From Candidatus Latescibacterota bacterium (lineage in GTDB: Bacteria; Krumholzibacteriota; Krumholzibacteriia; WVZY01; JAKEHA01): a stretch of DNA of 64,000 nt. The DNA is taken from assembly GCA_963707635.1 (NCBI GenBank), contig OY970173.1, positions 1,376,001 to 1,440,000 of the forward strand, in the 5' to 3' direction. Numbering within the stretch: the stretch's first letter is position 1; each line of letters starts with the position of its first letter. The notes under the pieces were generated by a model. The model saw only the letters and a program-made list of their open reading frames with translations, searched no databases and was not told where the DNA came from. The translations under genes were made by a program, and so were the position numbers. This document shows positions 29,587-38,684 of this stretch, piece by piece.

Positions 29587-30084
29587 GTGGGCACCACAGA
29601 TCAGACCATCGCCATGAATCCGGGCACGATCACGATCGTGCTGGCCGCAGTGGGTATCCTCGGAATTCTGATTGGCGTGTTCGCGCTCGTGCGCGTGCGA
29701 TCGATCAGCCGGCGTTTTTCGTGGGTGACGGGGGGCGACGGGGCCGGGGTCGACACGCTGCCGGCGCTGTTGCGCGCGGTGCAGACCACCCAGAAAGACA
29801 TCGCCGCGCTGGAGAGCGCGTTCGCGGCGGCCTCGATCGAAGCCCGCACGCATTTCAAGCGCATGGGGATCGTGCGCTACAACGCCTTCGACGGCGTCGC
29901 CGGCCAGCAGAGCTACTCGCTGTGTCTCCTGGACGAGAATCGAAACGGCATTCTCATTTCGAACATCGTCGGGACGAATTCCAGCCGCAGCTACGCGGTG
30001 GAGGTCAAGGCCGGCGAAGTCGCCCGCCCGCTGGGGGACGAAGAGTCGCAGGCGCTGGCCGCAGCGACGAAGAACGGGAACTAA
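29587..30084 (+). CDS. DUF4446-family membrane-anchored protein
   Basis: One N-terminal TM, short coiled coil, GIVRYNAF...QSYSLCLLD...SRSYA...LGDEE pattern; GTG start behind GAGGGG. Confidence 0.7.
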   Translation: MGTTDQTIAMNPGTITIVLAAVGILGILIGVFALVRVRSISRRFSWVTGGDGAGVDTLPALLRAVQTTQKDIAALESAFAAASIEARTHFKRMGIVRYNAFDGVAGQQSYSLCLLDENRNGILISNIVGTNSSRSYAVEVKAGEVARPLGDEESQALAAATKNGN

Positions 30085-30088
30085 CCGG

Positions 30089-30886
30089 CTATTCGGATTG
30101 GTTCCGCTGCTGCTTGCTGTAGTTGTCGAGGATCCGTTTTTCGGTGGGTGTGAGCTTCTCGTATCCCTTCGCCGAAATCTTGTCGAGGATGGAATCGATG
30201 TTGTCGGTGCGGCCGTCCTCATCCCTCCGCCGCCGGTCCGCCACGTAGGATTTCCACTGCCGCCGGGGGCCGGCGTTGAAACGCACCCGCCGGGCGATGT
30301 CGCGCCGGAAGAACCACAGCCCCGCCAGCATGCCGCCCATGTGCGCAAAGTATGCGACGCCGGCCGGCCCCGCGATGCCATTGGCGAGCTGCAGGACGGC
30401 GAGTCCGATCACGAAGTACTTCACCTTCACCGGCACGAGGAAGTACAGGTAGACGTAGCTGTCGGGGAAGAGCATGGCTGCCGCGAGGTACAGCCCGAAG
30501 ATCGCTCCGCTCGCGCCGATCACGCTCGCGTTGTACTGCAGGAGCATGTGCAGGATGGCGCCGCCGACCCCGCAGGTGAGGTAGTACACGACGAAGCGGC
30601 GCGCCCCCCAGACGGACTCCACCATGTTGCCCATGAAGTAGAGGACGATCAGGTTGAAGAACAGGTGCCAGAATCCGCCATGCAGGAACATGTACGTGAC
30701 TACCTGCCACACGTACAGGTGCTCGACGGCCAGTCGCGGAGTGAGCGCCAGCCACGCGTTGATCGCCGGTACCAGGTTTTGCAGGAAGAAGACGGCAACG
30801 GTTATGACGATGATGCGGCCCACGGCCGTCCCGAAAAACGGGTGGCCCGAGAAGCGCTGAGGCGGGCGGTGCGAAAAGGTGTTCAT
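30089..30886 (-). CDS. Rhomboid-family intramembrane serine protease
   Basis: [32 protein letters not shown]-terminal [17 protein letters not shown] tail. Confidence 0.9.
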   Translation of the reverse strand: MNTFSHRPPQRFSGHPFFGTAVGRIIVITVAVFFLQNLVPAINAWLALTPRLAVEHLYVWQVVTYMFLHGGFWHLFFNLIVLYFMGNMVESVWGARRFVVYYLTCGVGGAILHMLLQYNASVIGASGAIFGLYLAAAMLFPDSYVYLYFLVPVKVKYFVIGLAVLQLANGIAGPAGVAYFAHMGGMLAGLWFFRRDIARRVRFNAGPRRQWKSYVADRRRRDEDGRTDNIDSILDKISAKGYEKLTPTEKRILDNYSKQQRNQSE

Positions 30887-31023
30887 GATCCGGGCCGGGG
30901 TTGCCCGCATCCAACATACACACTCCGCGGCGCTTCCGGCAAGGGCGGCGCGCTGTAAGGCCGGCAGGCGCCGGCCCGTCCAACGGGCAGGCGGAACGAG
31001 GCTCTCGGACGGCGAATCGATGC

Positions 31024-31052
31024 TTTACAGGCCACGGGGCTGGTTGCATAAT
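31024..31052 (+). promoter_or_regulatory. sigma70-type promoter for trxA
   Basis: TTTACA, 17 bp, TG-CATAAT. Confidence 0.55.
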
Positions 31053-31133
31053 TCGGTGCCCGAACGGGTGCGCAGGGGGAGCGCTGCCCTCCTCTGTGCA
31101 GCCATCGAAAAAAAACATCATCAGGAGGAACGG

Positions 31134-31463
31134 ATGTCCAGGGAATTTGAGTTCACCGACGCCAACTTCGACCAGGAAGTCCTCAAGTCCGACACGCCGG
31201 TGCTTGTCGACTTCTGGGCCCCGTGGTGCGGACCGTGCCGAATGGTCGCGCCCATCGTGGCGGAGATCTCGAACGAATACGCCGGAAAACTCAAGGTGGG
31301 TAAGGTCAACACGGACGACAATCAAGAAGTGGCGGTGCGCTACGGCATCATGAGTATTCCGACCCTCATGATCTTCAAGGGCGGTGAGGTTGCGGAGCGG
31401 GTCGTCGGTACACTGCCGAAGCAGGCCCTGACCGGGAAGATCGACGCGGTGCTGGCCGGCTGA
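31134..31463 (+). CDS. trxA: Thioredoxin
   Basis: [31 protein letters not shown]. Confidence 0.97.
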   Translation: MSREFEFTDANFDQEVLKSDTPVLVDFWAPWCGPCRMVAPIVAEISNEYAGKLKVGKVNTDDNQEVAVRYGIMSIPTLMIFKGGEVAERVVGTLPKQALTGKIDAVLAG

Positions 31464-31489
31464 ACGACGCGCAGCGTCGCGCGGCATGG

Positions 31490-31523
31490 GGAGGCCGGCC
31501 CGGCGGGCCGGCCTTCGTGTTTG
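31490..31523 (+). terminator. Probable terminator after trxA
   Basis: GGAGGCCGGCCC / GGGCCGGCCTTC stem with a weak GTGTTTG tail. Confidence 0.6.
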
Positions 31524-31586
31524 TGGGTGATAAGGCGGCGCCGGAGGTCGGATGGGCGGCTTGGATCTTGCATCCACGCTCGTTGT

Positions 31587-33272
31587 ATGGTCCGACCCAT
31601 CCTTGCCGGGCTCTGCGCGGCCTGTCTTGCGTGCAGTTCCGCGGACGAGCCCGCGTCGCGCGTCAGTCGCGGTGCGCCCTCGGATAGCGCGAAGGGGCCG
31701 GTGACGGGTGGTCGCGTCATCATCGGGGTTCAGCAGGAACCCGAAATGCTCAGCGAGATCCTGAACTCGATGGCGACCAACAATCTGGTCTGCAATCTCA
31801 TCTTCAGCAAGTTCGTCAAGTACGACGACCACTACCAGCTCATTCCGGATCTGATCACCGAGATCCCGACCGTCGACAACGGCGGCATCTCGGCCGATTA
31901 CCTGGTCTACACCTACCACTTGCGGCCCGACGCCCGCTGGCACGACGGCCAGCCCGTGACGAGCGCGGACGTGAAGTTCACGTTCGACGTCATCATGGAT
32001 CCGCACGTGAGTGTCGAGTCGCGCGAAGGTTGGGATGTGGTCGAGCGCACGGAGACGCCCGACGACCACACGGTGGTCTTTCACCTCAAGCGTCCGTACC
32101 CGGACTTCGTCAACGAGACCTTCTACGACGAGTCGGTCCTGCCCGCCCACGTGCTACGGGACTTTCGCGGCGAGAAATTCCATTCGGCGCCGTTCCACCA
32201 CGCTCCGATCGGGTCCGGCCCCTTCAAGTTCGAGAGCTGGACGTCGGGCTCGCACCTGGTGCTGGTGGCCAACCCGGACTACTACGGCGAGGGCCCGTAC
32301 CTGGACAGCATCATCCTCAAGTTCGTGCCGACGGAAAACGCGCTGCTGGTGCAGCTCAAGACGGGCGAGATCGACATGTTCGACAACGCGAACATCAACT
32401 TCATCGGCCAGCTCGAGCAGATTTCAGGCGTCCACGTGTATCGCACCCCGATGCTCATGTACGAACACCTCGACCTCAATACCGAGAACGAGGCGCTCAA
32501 CGACCGGCGGGTCCGGCGCGCGTTGAGCCTCGCCACCAACAAGCGCGAGATCGCGGAGCGGGTCTACAACGGCCTGGTGCGCGAGGCGGCGCTCGACGAG
32601 TTCGAGGAATCGCGGTATTTCTCCGCCGCCGCGGCCGCGCGGGCGACCTACGACCCGGCAGCTGCGCGGCGCCTCCTGCTCGAGGCGGGGTGGCGCGATT
32701 CCGACGGCGACGGGATTCTGGATCGAGGCGGAAAGCCGCTGAAGCTGTCGATCAGCGCGAGCGCCGGCCAGCCCAACCGCGAGCGCACGGAATTGGTGCT
32801 GCGCGAGCAATGGCGGCAAGTCGGGGTCGATCTCGAGCTGCGCAACTACGGCCCGACGGTGCTCTACGGGACCTACGAGGACGGTGGGGTCCTCAAGCGC
32901 GGCACCTTCGACGTGGCGATGTACGCCTGGCTGTCCGCTCCGGCCCCGTCGCGCCGCGACGCGCTGTACGCGGCCAGCAGCATTCCGCCGCACGGGCAGA
33001 ACCACCCGCGCTTCGCGAACGAGGAAATCACGCGGCTGCTCGAGCAGGGAAGCACCGAGCCCGACTCGACGGTGCGTGACTCCATCTACCGCCGGGTTCA
33101 GGAGATCCTGGTGGAGGAATCGCCCGTCATTCCTCTCTTCTGGTACACGGCCATCGACCCGGTGAGCGAACGGCTCCACAACTTCCGGCCCAACGCCACC
33201 CAGTCCGCGGACACCTGGAACGCGGCGCAGTGGTACCTCGCCGATCCCGGGTCCGAAGTCTCGCGCCGCTAG
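31587..33272 (+). CDS. Peptide ABC transporter substrate-binding lipoprotein (SBP family 5)
   Basis: Lipobox CLAC; WHDGQPVTSADVKFT, IGSGPFKF, DRRVRRAL, GWRDSDGDGILD, GQNHPRF. Confidence 0.9.
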   Translation: MVRPILAGLCAACLACSSADEPASRVSRGAPSDSAKGPVTGGRVIIGVQQEPEMLSEILNSMATNNLVCNLIFSKFVKYDDHYQLIPDLITEIPTVDNGGISADYLVYTYHLRPDARWHDGQPVTSADVKFTFDVIMDPHVSVESREGWDVVERTETPDDHTVVFHLKRPYPDFVNETFYDESVLPAHVLRDFRGEKFHSAPFHHAPIGSGPFKFESWTSGSHLVLVANPDYYGEGPYLDSIILKFVPTENALLVQLKTGEIDMFDNANINFIGQLEQISGVHVYRTPMLMYEHLDLNTENEALNDRRVRRALSLATNKREIAERVYNGLVREAALDEFEESRYFSAAAAARATYDPAAARRLLLEAGWRDSDGDGILDRGGKPLKLSISASAGQPNRERTELVLREQWRQVGVDLELRNYGPTVLYGTYEDGGVLKRGTFDVAMYAWLSAPAPSRRDALYAASSIPPHGQNHPRFANEEITRLLEQGSTEPDSTVRDSIYRRVQEILVEESPVIPLFWYTAIDPVSERLHNFRPNATQSADTWNAAQWYLADPGSEVSRR

Positions 33273-33424
33273 GGCCTCAACTCACGCTTCCCCATCGTTC
33301 CCCACCGGGCGCACCGCTTTATCCACGCAGCGGGTTGGTACAGAACTCGCACCTATCGTGCCCGACTGGGCTGTCCGGCGCCAATCGTGGAACTTAACAT
33401 ATTGTGAAATAACAGGTTAATTGC

Positions 33425-34384
33425 GTGTTGCGGTATTTCCTGAAACGACTGATCGCGGTGATTCCGCTCGTAGTCCTGGTGTCGCTGATTTGTTTTGCAC
33501 TCATGCAGGCGAGTCCGGGCGGCCCGACGGCCATGCTCTCCGACAACCCCATGGTGGGACCGGACGACGTCGCGCGCATCCGATCCGATTTCGGAGTGGA
33601 CCGGCCCGTGATCGTCCAGTACGCGTTCTGGCTCAAGCGCGTGGTATTCCACGGCGATTTCGGCCGTTCGCACGTCACCGGCGAGCCGGTGCTGGCGATG
33701 ATCTGCCAGCGCCTGCCCGCCACGCTCGAGCTCATGGGAGCGGCGTTCCTGCTGGCGTTCCTGTTCGGATTGTCGGGCGGGATTCTCGCCGCGCTCAAGC
33801 GCTACACGAAATTCGACTCCGCGATCATGCTGGTCACGGTATTCGGCATTTCCATCCCGGTGTTCTGGCTGGGGCTGATGTCGATGATGCTCTTCACGGT
33901 GAAATGGCGGCTGTTGCCATCGGCCGGAATGTTTTCGCTCGGAATACCGTTCTCGATTCTGGACCACCTCCGGCATCTGCTGATGCCTTCGCTCGTGCTC
34001 TCGCTGCTGTTCATCGCGAGCTGGAGCCGATACATGCGCGCGAGTCTCTCCGACGTGCTCGCCCTGAACTATATCAACGTGGCCCGCGCCAAGGGCGCGT
34101 CCGGGACCGACGTCGTGTTCCGACACGCGGTACGGAACGCCGCGATTCCCGTGCTGACCGTCATCGCGTTGAACCTGCCGGCGCTCTTCACCGGCTCCAT
34201 CATCACCGAGTCGATTTTCGCGTGGCCGGGGATGGGGCGACTCTTTTTCGACGGACTCTTGCGGCAGGATTACACCCGGCTGATGGGGATCATCTTCATC
34301 GCGTCGGCGCTGATTGCGTTGCTCAATCTGATCGCGGATACAATCTATGGGATTCTCGACCCCCGTATTAGATTCGCCCGCTAA
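33425..34384 (+). CDS. Peptide ABC transporter permease (OppB/DppB family)
   Basis: SPGGP, RLPATLEL, SIPVFWLG, ARAKG, ESIFAWPGMG, LDPRIR. Confidence 0.92.
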   Translation: MLRYFLKRLIAVIPLVVLVSLICFALMQASPGGPTAMLSDNPMVGPDDVARIRSDFGVDRPVIVQYAFWLKRVVFHGDFGRSHVTGEPVLAMICQRLPATLELMGAAFLLAFLFGLSGGILAALKRYTKFDSAIMLVTVFGISIPVFWLGLMSMMLFTVKWRLLPSAGMFSLGIPFSILDHLRHLLMPSLVLSLLFIASWSRYMRASLSDVLALNYINVARAKGASGTDVVFRHAVRNAAIPVLTVIALNLPALFTGSIITESIFAWPGMGRLFFDGLLRQDYTRLMGIIFIASALIALLNLIADTIYGILDPRIRFAR

Positions 34385-35318
34385 CGGCACGGCGAAACGG
34401 GCCCGGGCGGTCCGGACCTCGCACCCGCTGCGCGACACGTTCCGTCCGAGCCCGGCCGGAGACCGACGCGGGCTGCGTCCGGGCGTGGCCGGCGTGCTCA
34501 GGCGGAGCCCGCTCGCGTACGCCGCGTTCATCCTGATGGGCCTGATCCTGCTCGGCGCGGTCTTCGCGCCGCTCATGAGCCCCTATCAGAAGGACAAGAT
34601 CGACCTCACCCGCCAGTACCTGCCCCCGTCGCTCGATCATCCGTTCGGGACCGACGACCTGGGGCGCGACATCTTCGTACGGGTGATGCACGGGGGTCGC
34701 ATCTCGCTCGCCGTCGGGTTCCTGGCCATGTTCGTCGCGCTCTTGATCGGGGTGACGGCCGGGGGCGTGGCCGGGTACTACGGAGGATGGATCGACTCCG
34801 TGATCATGCGTTCGGTCGATCTGATGCTGGCGGTGCCGTCGTTCTTCGTCATCCTGTTCATCTCGAGCGCGATTACGCCCAAAGTCTCCATCGTCGGCGT
34901 GTGCCTGATGATCGGATGCACGCAATGGATGGAAGTCACGCGCCTGGTGCGCGCCGTGGTGATGACCACCAAGGAGCACGAGTTCGTCGATGCCGCCCGA
35001 ACCATCGGGCTCGCGGATTCCCGGATCATCGTCCGGCACCTGCTTCCCCACACCACCGCGCCGGTCCTGGTCGCGGTAACACTCGGACTCGCGCAGGCGA
35101 TCATCATCGAAAGCGGAATCTCCTTCCTCGGATTCGGGGTGCAGCCCCCGACCCCCAGCTGGGGCGCCATGCTGCAGGATGCGCAGAGTTACCTCGGGGA
35201 CTGCCCGTGGATCGCCGTGTTCCCGGGGCTGATGATTTGCCTGACGGTAGTTTGCTGCAACGTGCTGGCCGACTTCCTAGGCGAAGCGACCGGACCCGGC
35301 CGCTCGTCGCTCTCCTGA
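34347..35318 (+). CDS. Peptide ABC transporter permease (OppC/DppC family)
   Basis: HPFGTDDLGRDIF, RHLLPH, ESGISFLGFG, PSWGAML; true start uncertain, may be a downstream GTG. Confidence 0.88.
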   Translation: MGFSTPVLDSPANGTAKRARAVRTSHPLRDTFRPSPAGDRRGLRPGVAGVLRRSPLAYAAFILMGLILLGAVFAPLMSPYQKDKIDLTRQYLPPSLDHPFGTDDLGRDIFVRVMHGGRISLAVGFLAMFVALLIGVTAGGVAGYYGGWIDSVIMRSVDLMLAVPSFFVILFISSAITPKVSIVGVCLMIGCTQWMEVTRLVRAVVMTTKEHEFVDAARTIGLADSRIIVRHLLPHTTAPVLVAVTLGLAQAIIIESGISFLGFGVQPPTPSWGAMLQDAQSYLGDCPWIAVFPGLMICLTVVCCNVLADFLGEATGPGRSSLS

Positions 35319-35443
35319 GCCGACCGATTCCCGTTCTTCCCGCCTCGGATCGGCCTTGATGCCGCCGCGGTTCGTGCGGTATTCTGACCGCCCTGGCTTT
35401 TCGGTATCCCGTTTGGAGAAAACGGATTACGCGGAGGGCGCGG

Positions 35444-36202
35444 GTGAACTACGAGGCGGAACTTCGCGTGATGTGGACGGCGGTATTTGCGGTGGTGGCG
35501 GCCCTGGCGACCTTCGGGGGTGGGGTTCTGGCGACGTTGCCGGGGCGACTGGCGCACAGCCGCCTGAATCACCTGATCGCGTTCGGCGCGGGGTACATGC
35601 TGGCGGCGGCGCTGGTCAGCCTCCTGCCCGAGAGCCTCGCGCTACTGGACCAGGCCCCGCTGTGCGTGCTGGCCGGCTACGTGATGGCCCACATGTTCGA
35701 GCACACCTTCACAAGCCACTTCCACTTCGGCGAAGAGACCCACGCCGAGCACGTCCTGGACCCGCGGGTGGGGATCGGCGCCCTGGTCGGGCTGGCGTTG
35801 CACGCCTTCTTCGACGGGGTCGCGATTTCGTCCGGATTCCTGGTGACTCCGTCGCTCGGGGTCCTCGTCGCGCTGGCGGTGATTCTCCACAAGGTGCCCG
35901 AAGGCGTCACCATCTCGTCGGTCATGCTGGCGTCGGGCCGCTCGCGCGCAAACGCCCGCAAGGCGGCCGGGCTGCTGGCAGTCTCGACCCTGGTGGGAGC
36001 GGCGGGGATGGCGTGGTTGGGCGAAGGCGTCAAGGGAATCGGCCTCGCGCTCTCCTGTGGCGTGGCGCTCTACGTCGCCGCGACCGACCTCATTCCGGAG
36101 ATCAACCAGCTGGAGAAGCGCGTTTACTCGTTCAGCGCGCTGTTCGGGGTAGTGCTATACTTCGCCGTGCACGCACTCATGGCGACCATCGGGATTCACT
36201 GA
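35444..36202 (+). CDS. ZIP-family metal transporter
   Basis: FGAGYML, His-rich loop SHFHFGEETH, HAFFDG, LHKVPEG, YVAATDLIPE. Confidence 0.88.
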   Translation: MNYEAELRVMWTAVFAVVAALATFGGGVLATLPGRLAHSRLNHLIAFGAGYMLAAALVSLLPESLALLDQAPLCVLAGYVMAHMFEHTFTSHFHFGEETHAEHVLDPRVGIGALVGLALHAFFDGVAISSGFLVTPSLGVLVALAVILHKVPEGVTISSVMLASGRSRANARKAAGLLAVSTLVGAAGMAWLGEGVKGIGLALSCGVALYVAATDLIPEINQLEKRVYSFSALFGVVLYFAVHALMATIGIH

Positions 36203-36215
36203 CGGGTGGAATGAC

Positions 36216-36548
36216 GTGGATTTCATCGTCGTTTTGATCACGGCGCCGACCGCCGCGGATGCCCGCCGCATCGCGCGCGTGCTCGTCGAAGAGCGCTATG
36301 CCGCCTGCGTCAATGTGCTGCCGGGGTGCGAGAGTGTCTATCGCTGGGAGGGGAAGGTGGTCGAGGAGTCGGAGACGATGATGGTGGCCAAGACGGCTCG
36401 AGAACAATTTCCCGATCTGGCCCGACGTGTGGCCGAGATTCATCCCCACGCCGTACCCGAGGTCATCGGGCTTCCCCTGGTCGAAGTCGCGGAGCGCTAC
36501 CGGTTGTTCCTCTCCGACAGCGTCCCGCGCCGGGCACGGAAGGATTGA
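36216..36548 (+). CDS. cutA: Divalent-cation tolerance protein CutA
   Basis: LVEERYAACVN, SVYRWEGKV, HPHAVPEVI. Confidence 0.9.
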   Translation: MDFIVVLITAPTAADARRIARVLVEERYAACVNVLPGCESVYRWEGKVVEESETMMVAKTAREQFPDLARRVAEIHPHAVPEVIGLPLVEVAERYRLFLSDSVPRRARKD

Positions 36549-36556
36549 TGCCCGTG

Positions 36557-36886
36557 CTAGACGACGGCTGCCGTCTTCTCGACGGCCACCTGCACCAGCG
36601 TGCCCACCACGGCCCCGACGGTGGTCACGAAGGCGCGCCCGAGCGTCCTTGCTGCCTTGGCCGTGCGGATCACCGCGTGCGTCCGGCCCGTACTCTCATA
36701 GCGCGAGACGCAGACGACTCGCCGGGTGGTTTCTCCCGGGACCTGGACCTTCACCAGGACCGGAGGCGGGGTGTCCAGCGCGTGGCGGACGACTTCCGCC
36801 TTCTTCGCGTGGTCGCAAGCATATACAGATGAATAGACTCCGAACAGGAACAGCCCTGTCACTATTACTGTCGCCCACCGTGCCAT
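36557..36886 (-). CDS. Small hypothetical protein with signal-peptide-like N-terminus
   Basis: AAGGAGGT RBS just upstream of ATG 36886; MARWATVIVTGLFLFGVYSSVYA; fills the gap between cutA and patatin. Confidence 0.6.
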   Translation of the reverse strand: MARWATVIVTGLFLFGVYSSVYACDHAKKAEVVRHALDTPPPVLVKVQVPGETTRRVVCVSRYESTGRTHAVIRTAKAARTLGRAFVTTVGAVVGTLVQVAVEKTAAVV

Positions 36887-37016
36887 GTCGCACCTCCTTG
36901 TCGTGTTCATACGTCGGCGCGGCCCATCGGGTTCCCGCCGTTTGTGGGGTTCACCGGTTTAGACGCCCCGCGGGCGCCGGGGGTTGCAGAATAATTTTCC
37001 TTCCGGAGAGCCGCCA

Positions 37017-37838
37017 GTGACCAAGGCTCCGGCCATCGGGCTCGCGTTAAGCGGGGGAACCGCCAAATCGGTCACGCACGTCGGGATCATCAAGGCCCTG
37101 GTGGAGGCCGGGATACCGATATCCTGCGTCTCGGGCACCAGCGGCGGGAGTATCGTCGGATCGATGTTCGCCTCGGGCATGCCGATCTCGACCATGGAAG
37201 CAGTCGCGGCCGCGATGAGCTGGCGCAAGCTCGTCAGCATCCGGCTCACCCGCCTCGGATTCATCTCCAGCCAGCGCATCGAGGAATTCGTCACCGAAAC
37301 CATCGGCGACCTGCACTTCGAGGACCTCAATCTGCCGACCGGGGTCGTCGCCACCAACCTGGTGTCCGGCGAGAAGACCGTGTTTCGATCCGGCCCGCTC
37401 GCCCGCGCCGTGCGCGCCAGCTGCTCGATCCCGCAGATCTACCTGCCGGTCGAAATCGACGGCGAGTACTACGTCGACGGGGGCCTCTCCGAGTATCTGC
37501 CGGTGGAGACCGCGCAGGCGATGGGCGCCGAGTTCACGATCGCATCGCACCTGGCGCCGATCGACCCCTCCTACCGCAGACCCCAGAACATTCTGCAGCT
37601 CGTCGTGCAGGTGACCGGCTTGATGGCGAGGAAGAACTTCCCGATCTCCGAGGCGAAGGCGAACTTCGTGATCCACCCCAACGTCGATGCGTACAGCTCG
37701 TTCGACTTCGAGCACTCGCAGGAGATGATCGAGATCGGGTACGACACGACGCGCCGGCTGCTCCCCGACCTTACCGCGAGCATCGAGCGCGCCGGCGGCT
37801 TCGTCCCGCGCATCGCCCGCAAGCTCTTCGGGGACTAG
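37017..37838 (+). CDS. Patatin-like phospholipase (RssA/NTE family)
   Basis: LALSGG, GTSGG nucleophile elbow, RASCSIP, YVDGG; GTG start behind GGAGAG. Confidence 0.88.
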   Translation: MTKAPAIGLALSGGTAKSVTHVGIIKALVEAGIPISCVSGTSGGSIVGSMFASGMPISTMEAVAAAMSWRKLVSIRLTRLGFISSQRIEEFVTETIGDLHFEDLNLPTGVVATNLVSGEKTVFRSGPLARAVRASCSIPQIYLPVEIDGEYYVDGGLSEYLPVETAQAMGAEFTIASHLAPIDPSYRRPQNILQLVVQVTGLMARKNFPISEAKANFVIHPNVDAYSSFDFEHSQEMIEIGYDTTRRLLPDLTASIERAGGFVPRIARKLFGD

Positions 37839-37846
37839 GGAGCGCC

Positions 37847-38683
37847 ATGGGCCCGGCGCGCCCGATTGCGTTTCTCACCGACTTCGGCACCGACGATTTC
37901 TACGCGGGCGTCATGCGCGCGGTGGCGGCCTCGGCCTCGCCGTCGTCGCGCCTGATCGATCTTTCGCACCACATTCCCGCGCACGAGGTGGCGCAGGCCA
38001 GTTTCGTCCTCGCACGCTCGATCGACTACCTGCCGGCGGACGCCGTCGTGGTGGTGGTGGTCGATCCCGGCGTGGGCGGCGACCGTCGCGCCATCCTGGT
38101 GGAGGCGGGCGATCGCGTGCTGGTCGGACCGGACAACGGGTTCGCCAGCGACCTCTTCGCCGGCGGGGCCGCCGGGCGCGTGTTCGCGATCGACGGTGCG
38201 GCGGCGGCGCGCGCGGCCGGTTTAGGATGCGGGGGCATTCCAGCCCGTGGTGCCACCTTTCACGGCCGCGACGTCTTCGCTCCGGTGGCGGCGGCGATAG
38301 CCCGCGGCGCCCGCGCGAGCGATTTCGGGGTCGTGGTGGACGGAGCGGTGATGCTGCGCGATGTCCCGAGCGTTTCCATCGACGCCGGCCGCGTGCAGGG
38401 CGTCGGGCGCTACGTGGATCGCTTCGGCAACGTGCTTTCCGACATTCCGCGGGGCGTGCTCGAACGCGTGTTCGGCGATGGCCTCGACCGCATCGGCGTG
38501 ACCGTCGGCGGGCGTGCCGCCGGTGCGCTGCGACGGGCGTACGTCGAGGGCGCGCCGGGCGCGCTGATGGGTCTCTTGAACAGCTGGGACCTGGTGGAAG
38601 CGGCCGTGAACGGCGGCCGGGCGTGGGATCTGCTCGGTGCCCGCCGGCCGGAAGACGTTCGTTTTGAACTGCGGGGGCCCTAG
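37847..38683 (+). CDS. SAM hydroxide adenosyltransferase (DUF62 / SAM hydrolase)
   Basis: FLTDFG, VVDPGVG, VGPDNG, TFHGRDVFAP, YVDRFGN. Confidence 0.88.
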   Translation: MGPARPIAFLTDFGTDDFYAGVMRAVAASASPSSRLIDLSHHIPAHEVAQASFVLARSIDYLPADAVVVVVVDPGVGGDRRAILVEAGDRVLVGPDNGFASDLFAGGAAGRVFAIDGAAAARAAGLGCGGIPARGATFHGRDVFAPVAAAIARGARASDFGVVVDGAVMLRDVPSVSIDAGRVQGVGRYVDRFGNVLSDIPRGVLERVFGDGLDRIGVTVGGRAAGALRRAYVEGAPGALMGLLNSWDLVEAAVNGGRAWDLLGARRPEDVRFELRGP

Positions 38684-38684
38684 C

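Noticed and set aside
27823..30084. tRNA-Leu as an integration site for an island
   Set aside because: No integrase, no duplicated tRNA 3' end that I could find, and no compositional shift downstream
34347..34500. Frameshift or pseudogene at the second oppC start
   Set aside because: The frame is open and the permease complete; only the start codon is ambiguous (38-nt overlap versus a later GTG)
37017..37838. CBASS CapV-type patatin effector or other defence system
   Set aside because: No CD-NTase or other defence genes nearby; the sequence looks like a housekeeping RssA-type patatin
37847..38683. Fluorinase or chlorinase (halogenase)
   Set aside because: TFHGRD carries the His/Arg of the DUF62 hydrolase triad, which the halide-using enzymes lack
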